Positions 38,284-48,281 of a stretch of DNA of 64,000 nt are shown one piece after another. The translations under genes were made by a program, and so were the position numbers. Below the pieces are notes generated by a model. It was not told the origin of the DNA and searched no databases. It was given only the letters and a program-made list of their open reading frames with translations. Within the stretch, counting starts at the first letter, position 1; every line of letters starts with the position of its first letter. Origin of the DNA: an uncultured Cytophagales bacterium (GTDB taxonomy: Bacteria > Bacteroidota > Bacteroidia > Cytophagales > Cyclobacteriaceae); contig CAZEQJ010000011.1 in assembly GCA_964514385.1 (NCBI GenBank), positions 14,295-78,294 on the forward strand, read 5' to 3'.

Positions 38284-39570
38284 ATGTCCAATACAGCCGA
38301 ATTAAAAATTAATGGGTCGACCTACGAACTCCCGCTGGTCGAAGGTACAGAAAACGAAATTGGGATTGATATCAGCAAATTAAGGGCTGAGACAGGTGCT
38401 ATCACACTGGATATTGGTTACAAAAATACCGGATCTACCCAAAGTGCTATCACTTTTCTCGATGGAGAGAAAGGTATACTCAGGTATCGGGGGTATAGCA
38501 TCGAGGAACTTGCAGAAAAATCCAGTTTTCTGGAAGTGGCATACCTCCTGATGTTTGGTGAACTTCCCAATGAAGAAGAGTACAAAGCGTTTACACATGA
38601 GATCACCATGCATACGCTTATTCATGAGGATTTTCATAAAATCTTGGATGGCTTCCCTAGTGCTGCCCACCCCATGGGTGTGCTGTCTTCACTGGTGACC
38701 GCCATGACAGCTTTTTATCCAAAGAGCCTTGATCCTAACCGATCATGGGAAGAGGTTAGGCTAAGTATAATCCGTATTATCGCCAAACTCCCTACCATGG
38801 CGGCATTTACCTATAAAAATAAAATAGGTCATCCGCTGGTTTATCCTGACAACAGACTGGACTACTGCACCAATTTTCTCCATATGATGTTTGGCCTGCC
38901 CAGTCAGCCCTATGACATTGATCCTGTCGTAACGAAGGCACTCGACAAGCTCCTGATCCTGCATGCCGATCATGAGCAAAACTGCTCAGCATCTACAGTG
39001 AGAATAGTAGGTTCATCGCAAGCCAGCCTATATGCATCCATATCTGCCGGTATTAATGCACTTTGGGGACCCCTACATGGTGGGGCAAACCAGGCTGTTA
39101 TTGAGATGCTTGAAAATATCAAAGCCGATGGCGGCGATGTGAAAAAATGGATGGATAAGGCGAAAGATAAAAATGACCCTTTCCGTCTGATGGGATTCGG
39201 ACACCGGGTTTACAAAAATTTCGACCCGAGAGCCCGTATCATTAAGAAGGCGGCGGATGATGTGCTGGCAGCGCTGGGTATTGTAGACCCTGTACTGGAT
39301 ATTGCGAAGGGACTGGAAGAAGTGGCCCTCAGCGATGAATATTTTATCGAACGTAAATTATATCCGAACGTCGATTTTTACTCAGGTATAATTTATCGTG
39401 CCCTGGATATACCGACCGAAATGTTTACGGTGATGTTTGCTTTAGGCCGACTGCCCGGCTGGATTGCACAGTGGAAAGAAATGAGGGAAAGCCACGAGCC
39501 TATTGGAAGACCAAGACAGATATACACGGGTTATAATGAACGTTCATATGTAACGATGGACAAACGATGA
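38284..39570 (+). CDS. gltA: citrate synthase
   Basis: Signature GFGHRVYKNFDPRA and LILHADHEQNCS. Confidence 0.95.
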   Translation: MSNTAELKINGSTYELPLVEGTENEIGIDISKLRAETGAITLDIGYKNTGSTQSAITFLDGEKGILRYRGYSIEELAEKSSFLEVAYLLMFGELPNEEEYKAFTHEITMHTLIHEDFHKILDGFPSAAHPMGVLSSLVTAMTAFYPKSLDPNRSWEEVRLSIIRIIAKLPTMAAFTYKNKIGHPLVYPDNRLDYCTNFLHMMFGLPSQPYDIDPVVTKALDKLLILHADHEQNCSASTVRIVGSSQASLYASISAGINALWGPLHGGANQAVIEMLENIKADGGDVKKWMDKAKDKNDPFRLMGFGHRVYKNFDPRARIIKKAADDVLAALGIVDPVLDIAKGLEEVALSDEYFIERKLYPNVDFYSGIIYRALDIPTEMFTVMFALGRLPGWIAQWKEMRESHEPIGRPRQIYTGYNERSYVTMDKR

Positions 39571-39830
39571 CACTTGAGGAGAAGTTTTATGAAGCGGCGG
39601 GGGCTGTAAAAGAGGTCAGCTCCCGCCCTTCCAATGAAGATCTGCTAAAATTATACAGCCTTTTCAAGCAGGCTACTGAAGGGGATGTTTCAGGTGAACG
39701 ACCCGGCGGCTTTGATTTTAAAGCCATTGCCAAGTATGAAGCCTGGAAAGACCTGAAAGGTAAATCAAAAGAAGAAGCAATGGAAGGTTATATCCAGCTT
39801 GTGGAAACCATCCGGGAAAAGCATGGATAG
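39567..39830 (+). CDS. acyl-CoA-binding protein (ACBP)
   Basis: ACBP motifs LYSLFKQATEGD and KYEAWKDLKGKSKEEAMEGYI; 87 aa. ATGA overlap with the gltA stop. Confidence 0.85.
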   Translation: MTLEEKFYEAAGAVKEVSSRPSNEDLLKLYSLFKQATEGDVSGERPGGFDFKAIAKYEAWKDLKGKSKEEAMEGYIQLVETIREKHG

Positions 39831-40512
39831 ACCGCTTTTCTATGCCCCTGAATTTCCGGATCAGAATATCCTGCCTGAAGCAGAACAACATCATGCCGTC
39901 AGGACATTACGTTTAAAAACAGGAGACCACATTATCATCACAAACGGGAAAGGTCTGCTTGCCGATGCTATCCTTTACGTTGAAGGAAAAAAAGTGACCT
40001 ATGTAGTTACCTTAGAAAAGGAACTGTCACCCCCACCACCTCTTTACCTTGCCATTGCCCCAACAAAAAATTCTGACCGCATAGAGTGGCTGATCGAAAA
40101 AGCAACAGAAATCGGAATACGGGAGGTATTTCTGATCCAGACGCTTCATACAGAGCGCCCACGTATAAAAACAGAACGATTACGCCAGAAGGCTGTCCAG
40201 GCCATGAAGCAGTCCCAGAGAGCTCATCTGCCTTTAATTCATGATATGATGCCCTTTTCCGGATTACTCCAATTACAATTCAAACATAAATTACTCGCTC
40301 ATTTTCAGACTTCTAACCAGCATTTGAAAGACGCCGTTAGTGCAGGGGAAGAAGTGCTTGCAGTAGTGGGACCTGAGGGTGATTTTAGCCCGGAAGAGAT
40401 CGAAATGAGTAAAAATAATGGCTTCAGGCTCATAAATCTGGGCCAAAACAGGTTACGTACAGAAACAGCTGCGCTGTATATCTGCATGGAATATGCCATT
40501 ATCAACCGCTGA
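39823..40512 (+). CDS. rsmE: 16S rRNA (uracil1498-N3)-methyltransferase RsmE
   Basis: MDRPLFYAP...HH..RVLRL-type PUA N-terminus and VVGPEGDFSPEEI. The internal ATG is preferred over the track's TTG at 39799. Confidence 0.8.
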   Translation: MDRPLFYAPEFPDQNILPEAEQHHAVRTLRLKTGDHIIITNGKGLLADAILYVEGKKVTYVVTLEKELSPPPPLYLAIAPTKNSDRIEWLIEKATEIGIREVFLIQTLHTERPRIKTERLRQKAVQAMKQSQRAHLPLIHDMMPFSGLLQLQFKHKLLAHFQTSNQHLKDAVSAGEEVLAVVGPEGDFSPEEIEMSKNNGFRLINLGQNRLRTETAALYICMEYAIINR

Positions 40513-40575
40513 TGTAAATACACTCGTATTTTACGTTAATCCTGAATATTCTTGTTTGAATAAACAAACTGAATT

Positions 40576-43026
40576 ATGACTGTAGTGAAGAAACTCATAT
40601 ACCTATCTATGATTACAGGCTTTCTTGCCCTGACGGGTTGTGCTGCCCTGAAAAAGAAAGAAGACAACACAGCGCAAACCAAAAAAGAAGAAGAAAAAGG
40701 CCCCTATAAGGCTTACAACAAAGTAATCACCTCCAAAGCCGTGACAGATGACGGATTGATCACGGTGCACCAGGTTGAAGATAAATTTTACTTCGAAATA
40801 CCTGAAGATGTGCTGAACCGGGATATTCTGCTGGTAACACGCGTAGCAGGTGCCCCACAGAATTTTAGCTTTGGTGGAGCCGGACAAAAAGCAAGGGGAC
40901 AGCAGGTAATTAAATTTGAGAAAAATGGTAAATCCATTCTCCTGCGACATGTTTCCTACTCTGATGTGGCAGACTTTGATCAGCCCATTTATAACGCAGT
41001 CAGAAACAACAATTTCGAACCCATTATTGAGAAGTTTGACATAGAGGCCATCTCTAAGGATTCAAGTGGGTACGTGATCCAGGTTGATAAATTCTTCCTT
41101 TCGGATGTACCCCTACTTAGCGGGTTTAGCTCCCGCCAGCGCAGCCAGTTTGGTGTAAGGAGACTGGATGGAGGACGAAGCTTTATTGATCATATCCACT
41201 CCTATCCGGAAAATGTGGAAGTACGTCATCTCATGACTTACGAAGCTACTTCACCTCCCGACAGAGAAGAAACAGGTACTATCACACTGTGGATGAATCA
41301 GTCGATGATCATTCTTCCTGAAGAAAAAATGAGGCCCCGCCTTGCTGACAACCGGGTAGGATATTTTTCACTTAGGCAATACGACTACGGCGCAGATGAG
41401 CAAAAAGCAGCCAGACGTACCTATGCTGTTAGATGGAAGCTGGTACCCAGTGACGTTGAAGCATATAAACGGGGAGAGCTCGTTGAGCCTGTAGAACCTA
41501 TTGTATACTATATTGATGCAAATACTCCTGAAAAATGGAGACCATATCTCATCAAAGGTGTTGAAGACTGGCAGGTAGCATTTGAAGCAGCCGGATTTAA
41601 GAATGCCATCATCGCAAAGGTGGCTCCAACCCCGGAAGAAGATTCTACATTTTCACCTGAAGATGCGCGCTATTCAGTAATACGATATATCACAAATCCT
41701 ATTCAAAATGCACAGGGCCCGAATGTTCATGACCCTCGAACCGGCCAGATTCTTGAAAGTGATATACTCTGGTATCATAATGTAATGAACCTGCTACGTA
41801 ACTGGTACTTCATTCAAACAGCAGCCAGCAACGAAGAGGCACGTGCACCCAAATTTGATGATGAAGTAATGGGCGAACTAATACGCTTTGTTGCAGCGCA
41901 TGAAGTAGGTCACACCTTGGGACTGCCTCATAACTGGGGTTCAAGCTATGCCTACCCTGTAGACTCCCTCCGTTCAAAGACATTCACCGATACCCATGGT
42001 ACAGCCCCCTCCATCATGGATTATGCGCGTTTCAATTATGTCGCTCAACCTGAAGATGGTGTCACGAATTTCAAGCCAAGAATAGGTGAATATGATAAGT
42101 GGTCAATAAAATGGGGTTACACCTATTTCCCTGAAAATGATACACCTGAAGAGGACAAGGAAATCCTGGACGAATGGGTACTGGAAAGAGCCGGCGACCC
42201 TGTCTACTTCTATGGTCGTCAGACAGGAGCTAAAATAGATCCCCGCTCACAAAATGAAGATCTTACCAATGATGCTGTGCTGGCATCAGAACTGGGAATG
42301 AAAAACCTGGAACGTATTGTGCCTAATCTCATCGAATGGACCTATGAGGAGGATAAGGACTATGATAACCTCGACGAGCTCTATGGTCAGGTGATGGGGC
42401 AATGGAATCGTTACGTTGGCCACGTTACCAAAAATATTGGAGGTGTATACCAGGACAATAAGACCTATAATCAGGAAGGTGTGGTTTACCAGGGTGTTCC
42501 TGAAAGCTATCAGCGAAAATCCATGGGATTCCTCGCTAAATATGCTTTCAGCACCCCACAGTGGTTGCTGAATAATGCGATTCTGGAAAGAATAGAGCAT
42601 GCCGGCGCGGTTGACAGAATACGTCGCTACCAGGCAAATATGCTGGCTGACCTGATCTCCCCGGACAGAATTGCCCGTCTTATCGAGCTTGAGGCACGTG
42701 AAGGAGATACCTACACCGCTATTGAAATGATGGATGACTTACGTAAAATGGTTTGGTCAGAAGTATATTCAGGCAAAGCCATCGACACTTACAGAAGAAA
42801 CCTTCAAAGAGCCTATCTGGAGGGTATTGAAGGGCTGATGACGGAAGAACCTTCGTACTCCAGCACTCCGGTAGATGTAAGCCAGTCTGATATCCGTGCT
42901 CTGGCAAGAGATCAGTTGCTTACACTGGAGCGGGATATCAACAGAGCCAGAATGAGCGACCGATATTCAAGGATACACCTGGATGATGTTGTATACCGGA
43001 TAGAGAATATCCTGGATCAGGATTAA
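40576..43026 (+). CDS. zinc-dependent metalloprotease lipoprotein (DUF5117/DUF4953-type)
   Basis: Lipobox LALTGC and zincin motif HEVGHTLGLPHN; 816 aa. Confidence 0.8.
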   Translation: MTVVKKLIYLSMITGFLALTGCAALKKKEDNTAQTKKEEEKGPYKAYNKVITSKAVTDDGLITVHQVEDKFYFEIPEDVLNRDILLVTRVAGAPQNFSFGGAGQKARGQQVIKFEKNGKSILLRHVSYSDVADFDQPIYNAVRNNNFEPIIEKFDIEAISKDSSGYVIQVDKFFLSDVPLLSGFSSRQRSQFGVRRLDGGRSFIDHIHSYPENVEVRHLMTYEATSPPDREETGTITLWMNQSMIILPEEKMRPRLADNRVGYFSLRQYDYGADEQKAARRTYAVRWKLVPSDVEAYKRGELVEPVEPIVYYIDANTPEKWRPYLIKGVEDWQVAFEAAGFKNAIIAKVAPTPEEDSTFSPEDARYSVIRYITNPIQNAQGPNVHDPRTGQILESDILWYHNVMNLLRNWYFIQTAASNEEARAPKFDDEVMGELIRFVAAHEVGHTLGLPHNWGSSYAYPVDSLRSKTFTDTHGTAPSIMDYARFNYVAQPEDGVTNFKPRIGEYDKWSIKWGYTYFPENDTPEEDKEILDEWVLERAGDPVYFYGRQTGAKIDPRSQNEDLTNDAVLASELGMKNLERIVPNLIEWTYEEDKDYDNLDELYGQVMGQWNRYVGHVTKNIGGVYQDNKTYNQEGVVYQGVPESYQRKSMGFLAKYAFSTPQWLLNNAILERIEHAGAVDRIRRYQANMLADLISPDRIARLIELEAREGDTYTAIEMMDDLRKMVWSEVYSGKAIDTYRRNLQRAYLEGIEGLMTEEPSYSSTPVDVSQSDIRALARDQLLTLERDINRARMSDRYSRIHLDDVVYRIENILDQD

Positions 43027-43045
43027 GCAGCATATCTGAATTGTA

Positions 43046-43072
43046 GAAAGGGGGATTTTAATCCCCTTTTTT
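43046..43072 (+). terminator. rho-independent terminator after the metalloprotease gene
   Basis: Stem GGGGAT, loop TTTA, stem ATCCCC, followed by TTTTTT. Confidence 0.7.
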
Positions 43073-43835
43073 ATTTTCTAAGAAAATCTATGGCAAGTGA
43101 ATTGAATAGATCTGGCCTTTCCATGTGACAGGTATGGCTGGTCATGGGAATCAGGGATAATGAGGCACTTGCTGTCCTGTCGGCAAAAGCTCTGGCTGCA
43201 TTAAGAAAAGTATAATCCTCCGATCCCATTACGATCAGTATTGGAAAATGGAAATGCTGCTTTTTAAACTTGCGCAATACTTTAAAAAACTCATGCTGCA
43301 TGCCTAACCAACGCAGGTAAGCATCCTGCTTTATTTTTTTTGCCTGCAACCAGTACACTCTTCTTGACGCCTGGTGCCGTGCATAAGGCATTAAAATATA
43401 AGAAAACACCTGATATATGAGACGATATGGTAGAAAAGGGCTTAAAAAGCGCACAATATATGTGATTATACGCAAAGGGGCTGATATCCAGAATACACCG
43501 CCTGCATTCACAATTTTGTCGACATAACCGGGATATTTCAATGAAAAATAAAGGGTAAAAACGCTCCCAAAGGAAAAGGTGACAAAATGTGCTTTCGTAA
43601 TACCTTCGTGATCCAGCACTTCCTTAAGATCTTCTATGATTATATCAAAGCTGTATTTGTGATGAGACGGCAACGCTGAGTCACCATGATCTCTCAGCTC
43701 TATGGTCAACAAGTTGAAATGCTCCCTGAATTCATTGATCTGGCGTCGCCAGGTTTGCACATTTCCCCCGGCGCCGTGAACGAATACCACCCAGGGCAGC
43801 TCTTTATCCTGTATGTATGTTTTGTAGTTAAGCAC
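43071..43835 (-). CDS. alpha/beta-fold hydrolase
   Basis: VVFVHGAGGN oxyanion region, nucleophile-elbow-like FSFGS, and a C-terminal His (SHTCHMERP). Confidence 0.7.
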   Translation of the reverse strand: MLNYKTYIQDKELPWVVFVHGAGGNVQTWRRQINEFREHFNLLTIELRDHGDSALPSHHKYSFDIIIEDLKEVLDHEGITKAHFVTFSFGSVFTLYFSLKYPGYVDKIVNAGGVFWISAPLRIITYIVRFLSPFLPYRLIYQVFSYILMPYARHQASRRVYWLQAKKIKQDAYLRWLGMQHEFFKVLRKFKKQHFHFPILIVMGSEDYTFLNAARAFADRTASASLSLIPMTSHTCHMERPDLFNSLAIDFLRK

Positions 43836-44299
43836 TAAGGTGTATGAGTTAAAGTCACAGCTCCCTGACCGGGATTTAATATAGTAAACTCTGCCTGATC
43901 AGGCAGAAGTTTCACTAACTCCAAAAAAATTGTATCCCGAAAGGCAAGCATCGTGTCACTTTCTACGATAAGTGAATCATAATTAAATAAAAAAAGGACG
44001 GAATCTACCGGGTCGTTAAAAAGGGAAGTAGTGGCAAAGGTTGCCCTGTTGGTCACTAACCCATCCTCACAATACCCATCAGAGGTGAAAGTTACGGTAT
44101 CCCCATTATAAAAGGTAATCGTATTCTGATCCCAGCAGGATAGTGAGCCCCACTGACTTACTTGCCATGTTTTGGACGAATCGCCCTGAAAAAGGCGTTT
44201 TACCTCAAACTGATTGTAGCCTTCAAATGCTATAGGCTCCTGTGTGCAGGATAAAATATAAAAACAAAATGCTAAGATGAATACTGATACTCTGATCAT
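43835..44299 (-). CDS. hypothetical lipoprotein; start moved to an internal ATG
   Basis: MIRVSVFILAFCFYILSC is a lipoprotein signal. The 39 upstream codons in the track ORF look non-coding. Confidence 0.5.
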   Translation of the reverse strand: MIRVSVFILAFCFYILSCTQEPIAFEGYNQFEVKRLFQGDSSKTWQVSQWGSLSCWDQNTITFYNGDTVTFTSDGYCEDGLVTNRATFATTSLFNDPVDSVLFLFNYDSLIVESDTMLAFRDTIFLELVKLLPDQAEFTILNPGQGAVTLTHTP

Positions 44300-44465
44300 A
44301 AAGTGCAAACTCTTTTTGGATGATGGTGGTTTCAAATTTCGGCATTTCATCGATAAAAATGTCGGAAGTAAGTTTTGAGTGCTATTTTTTATCGAAAAGC
44401 GCTGCCCGTTGTGCAATTAAATTCTATATTTGGCTACTATAGTTCGGTAAAATCTTCAATACCAT

Positions 44466-44903
44466 ATGGCTTCTATTCAAAAAACAATTTATGACAATGC
44501 GAAAAATCATTTTTTGGGCAATTTCCCTGACTCATTGCCTATAGAACAGGCCTATGTGCACATTGGGATGTATCTGGGCTGGATCATTGACAATGAATTG
44601 TATTCACCCTATTTTGAAGAAGAGGCTGGAACCGAAATATACCGATTCAAGCGCAGAGAGCTTTCAGCTACCATCCTGAGTGAAATCTGGGATGGATATC
44701 TGGGATATGAGCTTTTCAATGATGAGGGCAACTTGTTCACCTATCACTATTATGGTGGAGGTATTTACAAAAATGACTACGAAAAGCTCCTGGTAAAGGA
44801 CCTGCCTTCTTATTACCATGTAGACGATAGCTGGGACAACTACGGCCTTCTTTCAGAACGGATCAGCAAACGTTTTGAAGAATGGAAGAAAATGCTTGAG
44901 TAG
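44466..44903 (+). CDS. hypothetical cytoplasmic protein
   Basis: Clean 145-aa ORF rich in aromatic residues. Family not recognised. Confidence 0.5.
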   Translation: MASIQKTIYDNAKNHFLGNFPDSLPIEQAYVHIGMYLGWIIDNELYSPYFEEEAGTEIYRFKRRELSATILSEIWDGYLGYELFNDEGNLFTYHYYGGGIYKNDYEKLLVKDLPSYYHVDDSWDNYGLLSERISKRFEEWKKMLE

Positions 44904-44905
44904 CG

Positions 44906-46645
44906 TTATTCTGTAATTTCCCCTTCGTTGGTAATCCTGTAAATATTATCCTTATCTGCCACAATAAGACTTTCGCCAAGACAGCTTATCTGTGGCCGAA
45001 TTTCTCCACTTAATGGTAATGATACTACCCAGTCCGGCGCTGCTAACCCCTCACCAAGATGGAGAATGAAGTACTGTTTTACTCTTTTCATCATATAATA
45101 GGTACTGACGTGACAGCTTAGGCTTTCTGTGCTTATCGGAATATCAGATGATTGATCATAGGTGATGGTATCACGCCCAAGCAGAACTCCATAAGCATTG
45201 TGGTAAATGAGTTCATAGGTTTCACCAACGCTGACAGGTGTCTGAAGTGAATCTGCTGCGGCCGTTGCTGTCGAATCAACTGGTTGTCCATTTTCATTAA
45301 CCGCGGTCAGCGTGTCTTCTTCAGCCGGTGTCGTTATTGCGGTGCTATTCAAATCGGGTATCTTGAGGCTGGAAAGTGATATGAAAAGGTTATCGATTGT
45401 ATCCGTAAAGATGAAAGTGTAGCTATCAAGGTATAATGTATCTGCTTCATCGGCAAGATAAGAAGACCTATATTCAACCAGCTCTATTAGTTCCCGCAGA
45501 CCTTCTTCTGTATTGCTGATTTGCTTTCTTTTCGTTTCCAATCGTGTACGTAGCCCCTCCGTCAGCCCGGGAAAATCCTTTTCTACCTGCTCAAAATCGA
45601 TTTTTTCAAACTCACCGATTAACTTTCTTTGATTTTCCATGGATTCGTCCATCCATTTCAGTGAATCCAATGCCTTTTTTAACTCGATACTATCTGTCTC
45701 ATTCCATTTGAAGACATCTATATAGCTAAGATCTACCTCCAGGAACTTTTTCAGCATTGGAAAAAACCGCTGATCGTCATAAGGCTGCAATACAGTAAGC
45801 GTATTGCTGATATCCACTGACTGATCTTCAAGCCAAACCCGCATATTGGATATAGCGTTTTGTAAATCTACTTTTTGCTGCGCCGAAGCCTCAGCCCACT
45901 CTTTATAATTTACCAGATTGATATTGTCTTCATACACGTCCAGCAACTCACGATCATGCTGCAGATCCTCCATAGTGTTGAGCTCATAAGAAAATTTGGT
46001 ATAATCATCGGCCAGTCTGTCAAAAAATGAGAGGGCGCTGTCAAACCGAATGGCTATTCGCTCCATGTCATTTGTAATATCCTCCGGAGAATTTAAAATC
46101 AGACCTTTTTGGTTATCATAACGATCTTCCAGCGTATTTAACCGGGTTGTAAGTGCATTGTAGAGACGTTCTCCTTCTGCCCACAGGCCACCCATTTCAT
46201 CAGCTACTTTTTTCCGCTCTTGCAGCATTTCGATACGCTGCTCTATATCCAGCTGTACATCCGAAAGTTTAATATCAAATTTACCTGTACGCATATCCCG
46301 ACGATTATAGGCCTGATAATATTCGTCATTTCGCCTAAGCTCCCTGTCATCGATGAGCTCGTATGCCCGCTGATAAAAAAATATCGCACTATCAGCATCC
46401 TGCATAAAGGCATTACGATCTTCGATCGGATGGATATCTTCCAGTTGTTCGGTGTAGATGATCGCCATCTGAAAATGACCGTTAGGATGATCATCCTCAT
46501 CCTGCAAAAATTGATACAGCAGGGGCTTTGCAATTTCGAATTGCTGCGTTTCCAGCAAAGGATACAAATCCTTGTATTTGATACGCTGAGAAAGGCCGGG
46601 AAGAGTAATTCCTAAGAAAAATAATAGTAGAATCAGTCTATTCAT
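44906..46645 (-). CDS. hypothetical secreted protein (helical/coiled-coil N-terminal part, beta-rich C-terminal part)
   Basis: Signal peptide MNRLILLLFFLGITLPGLSQ. A long acidic ORF with no competing frame. Confidence 0.6.
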   Translation of the reverse strand: MNRLILLLFFLGITLPGLSQRIKYKDLYPLLETQQFEIAKPLLYQFLQDEDDHPNGHFQMAIIYTEQLEDIHPIEDRNAFMQDADSAIFFYQRAYELIDDRELRRNDEYYQAYNRRDMRTGKFDIKLSDVQLDIEQRIEMLQERKKVADEMGGLWAEGERLYNALTTRLNTLEDRYDNQKGLILNSPEDITNDMERIAIRFDSALSFFDRLADDYTKFSYELNTMEDLQHDRELLDVYEDNINLVNYKEWAEASAQQKVDLQNAISNMRVWLEDQSVDISNTLTVLQPYDDQRFFPMLKKFLEVDLSYIDVFKWNETDSIELKKALDSLKWMDESMENQRKLIGEFEKIDFEQVEKDFPGLTEGLRTRLETKRKQISNTEEGLRELIELVEYRSSYLADEADTLYLDSYTFIFTDTIDNLFISLSSLKIPDLNSTAITTPAEEDTLTAVNENGQPVDSTATAAADSLQTPVSVGETYELIYHNAYGVLLGRDTITYDQSSDIPISTESLSCHVSTYYMMKRVKQYFILHLGEGLAAPDWVVSLPLSGEIRPQISCLGESLIVADKDNIYRITNEGEITE

Positions 46646-46718
46646 TATTTTTGAAAGTTAACGAATTATTACGGATTTATACCATAATCAAGGATTATAC
46701 CAAAACGATCGAAATATA

Positions 46719-47321
46719 TTGCCTATGCAAAGTTCTAAAAATCCTACTTCTCCTAAAGGCCGATGGGCGAAAAAAATACTGGACTGGGCATTACCAATAC
46801 TTGTCATCCTTATGCTGGCAATACCATCAGTACGTGTATTTATTGCAGGTAATTTACAGCGTGTGATTATGCTGACCGGGGTATTCAATACTTCAGTAAA
46901 GAAGGAATTATCAATACCTTTGGAAGAAGATATCGTTTTTACAACAGCTGAAGGTGAAACACAGAAACTATCATCTATCCAAACCAAGTATATTTTCATC
47001 AATTACTGGGCCACGTGGTGTCCTCCATGTGTCGCTGAGCTCCCTTCCATATCAGGGTTAAAGGGCAAGCTGCCCGAAAATCAGGTCACATTCCTTCTTT
47101 TCAGTCAGGATGAAGATTATCAGAAATCGGTAGATTTTCTTCGAAAAAGAGCACCCAACCTGAATAGTTTCCGGCAAATTTCGCGCATGCCTGACCCGTT
47201 TATGCACAACTCTATTCCACGTACATATATTATTGATAATGAGCGCAATACGATTGTATATGAGCATGTTGGCATTGGTGACTACAACACACGAGCTATG
47301 GTTAAATTTTTAAGCCAATAA
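46719..47321 (+). CDS. TlpA-family thiol:disulfide oxidoreductase (membrane-anchored thioredoxin fold)
   Basis: TM anchor plus active site WATWCPPC. Confidence 0.8.
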   Translation: MPMQSSKNPTSPKGRWAKKILDWALPILVILMLAIPSVRVFIAGNLQRVIMLTGVFNTSVKKELSIPLEEDIVFTTAEGETQKLSSIQTKYIFINYWATWCPPCVAELPSISGLKGKLPENQVTFLLFSQDEDYQKSVDFLRKRAPNLNSFRQISRMPDPFMHNSIPRTYIIDNERNTIVYEHVGIGDYNTRAMVKFLSQ

Positions 47322-47384
47322 AGATCACTACCTCTGCTGATCGCCATCACCATGTACGCGACATAGCATGTCGAAATTTGTGGC

Positions 47385-48047
47385 ATGAAACAGTTGGCTA
47401 TATTTCTTCTGGTCATAGCGAGTATTCAGGTGAATGCCCAGCTGAACCACAGCTTCCAAAACTGGAATGGATTAATGACTTCTACCAGCATCAACGACAA
47501 GTGGTCGTGGTGGAACGACAGCCATTTGGTACCCGGGTCCTTCTGGATTGCGCGCACCGGGGTTTCCCGTCATTTTGACAACTTTACGTTTACAGGCGGT
47601 ATTGCTCATATGTGGCTGAGTATGTCAACTGAAAAATTTCAAAGAAATGAGATCCGACCCTGGTTCCAACTGACCAGTTCACATCGTATCAACGAAAAAT
47701 GGTTATTTAGCCAGCGCTTTCGGTATGATGCACGCTTTCAGGAAGACATGATTGATGAAAACTTTGATTTTCATAACCGGCTTCGCTTTATGATGGGAGT
47801 GAAACGGTATTACCTGAACCCGGGTCCGGTAAAACTATTCTTCAATTTCAGTCATGAGTTTCTGATTCGCACAGGCGGTGTAGTAGAAACCGGAACGGAT
47901 CAGATTCGCTTTTGGCTTATGCAGGGATTCAATTATAAGTCAACCACATTGCAGGTTGGCTATGGTAACCGTACCGTCACACGCAGCCTACCATATACCA
48001 TGAATCATACCCTTACAATATGGGTCAGCCAAAAGTTTAGTTTCTGA
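47385..48047 (+). CDS. DUF2490-like outer-membrane beta-barrel protein
   Basis: Signal peptide, alternating aromatic beta-strand pattern, and a C-terminal F. Confidence 0.6.
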   Translation: MKQLAIFLLVIASIQVNAQLNHSFQNWNGLMTSTSINDKWSWWNDSHLVPGSFWIARTGVSRHFDNFTFTGGIAHMWLSMSTEKFQRNEIRPWFQLTSSHRINEKWLFSQRFRYDARFQEDMIDENFDFHNRLRFMMGVKRYYLNPGPVKLFFNFSHEFLIRTGGVVETGTDQIRFWLMQGFNYKSTTLQVGYGNRTVTRSLPYTMNHTLTIWVSQKFSF

Positions 48048-48070
48048 TATTATATTGCTTTTTTTGTATC

Positions 48071-48211
48071 ATGAAGCCCATATTTAAACTATTGGCAAAG
48101 GTGAATAAAGCCATCTTACCCAGCCTTGCAAAAAAGGATCTGAATAAATTATCGAAATCAGAAAAGCTGCTGGTAGCCTACAGGTACTGGGTTACTAAAA
48201 ACGCGTTATAA
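48071..48211 (+). CDS. 46-aa basic small protein, below the ORF-track cutoff
   Basis: ATG..TAA ORF reading MKPIFKLLAKVNKAILPSLAKKDLNKLSKSEKLLVAYRYWVTKNAL. It fills almost the entire 171-nt gap. Confidence 0.4.
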   Translation: MKPIFKLLAKVNKAILPSLAKKDLNKLSKSEKLLVAYRYWVTKNAL

Positions 48212-48281
48212 CTTTTTTTTGCATCTTATCAGTTTTGGTCTTATTTTCATGGTAAGATCGGAGATAATTACTATTACCAGC

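Noticed and set aside
47378-47578. 66-aa alternative-frame ORF overlapping the start of the DUF2490-like gene
   Set aside because: The overlapping 220-aa frame has a signal peptide and a beta-barrel pattern. The short frame is an artefact.
48219-48281. N-terminal extensions in track ORFs (this one, and also 44300-44416, 36560-36619, 39799-39822, 53359-39397 region 53359-53397, 55269-55289)
   Set aside because: In each case an internal ATG gives a canonical N-terminus (HTH, lipoprotein signal, family-typical start) or removes an impossible overlap. The upstream codons look non-coding.
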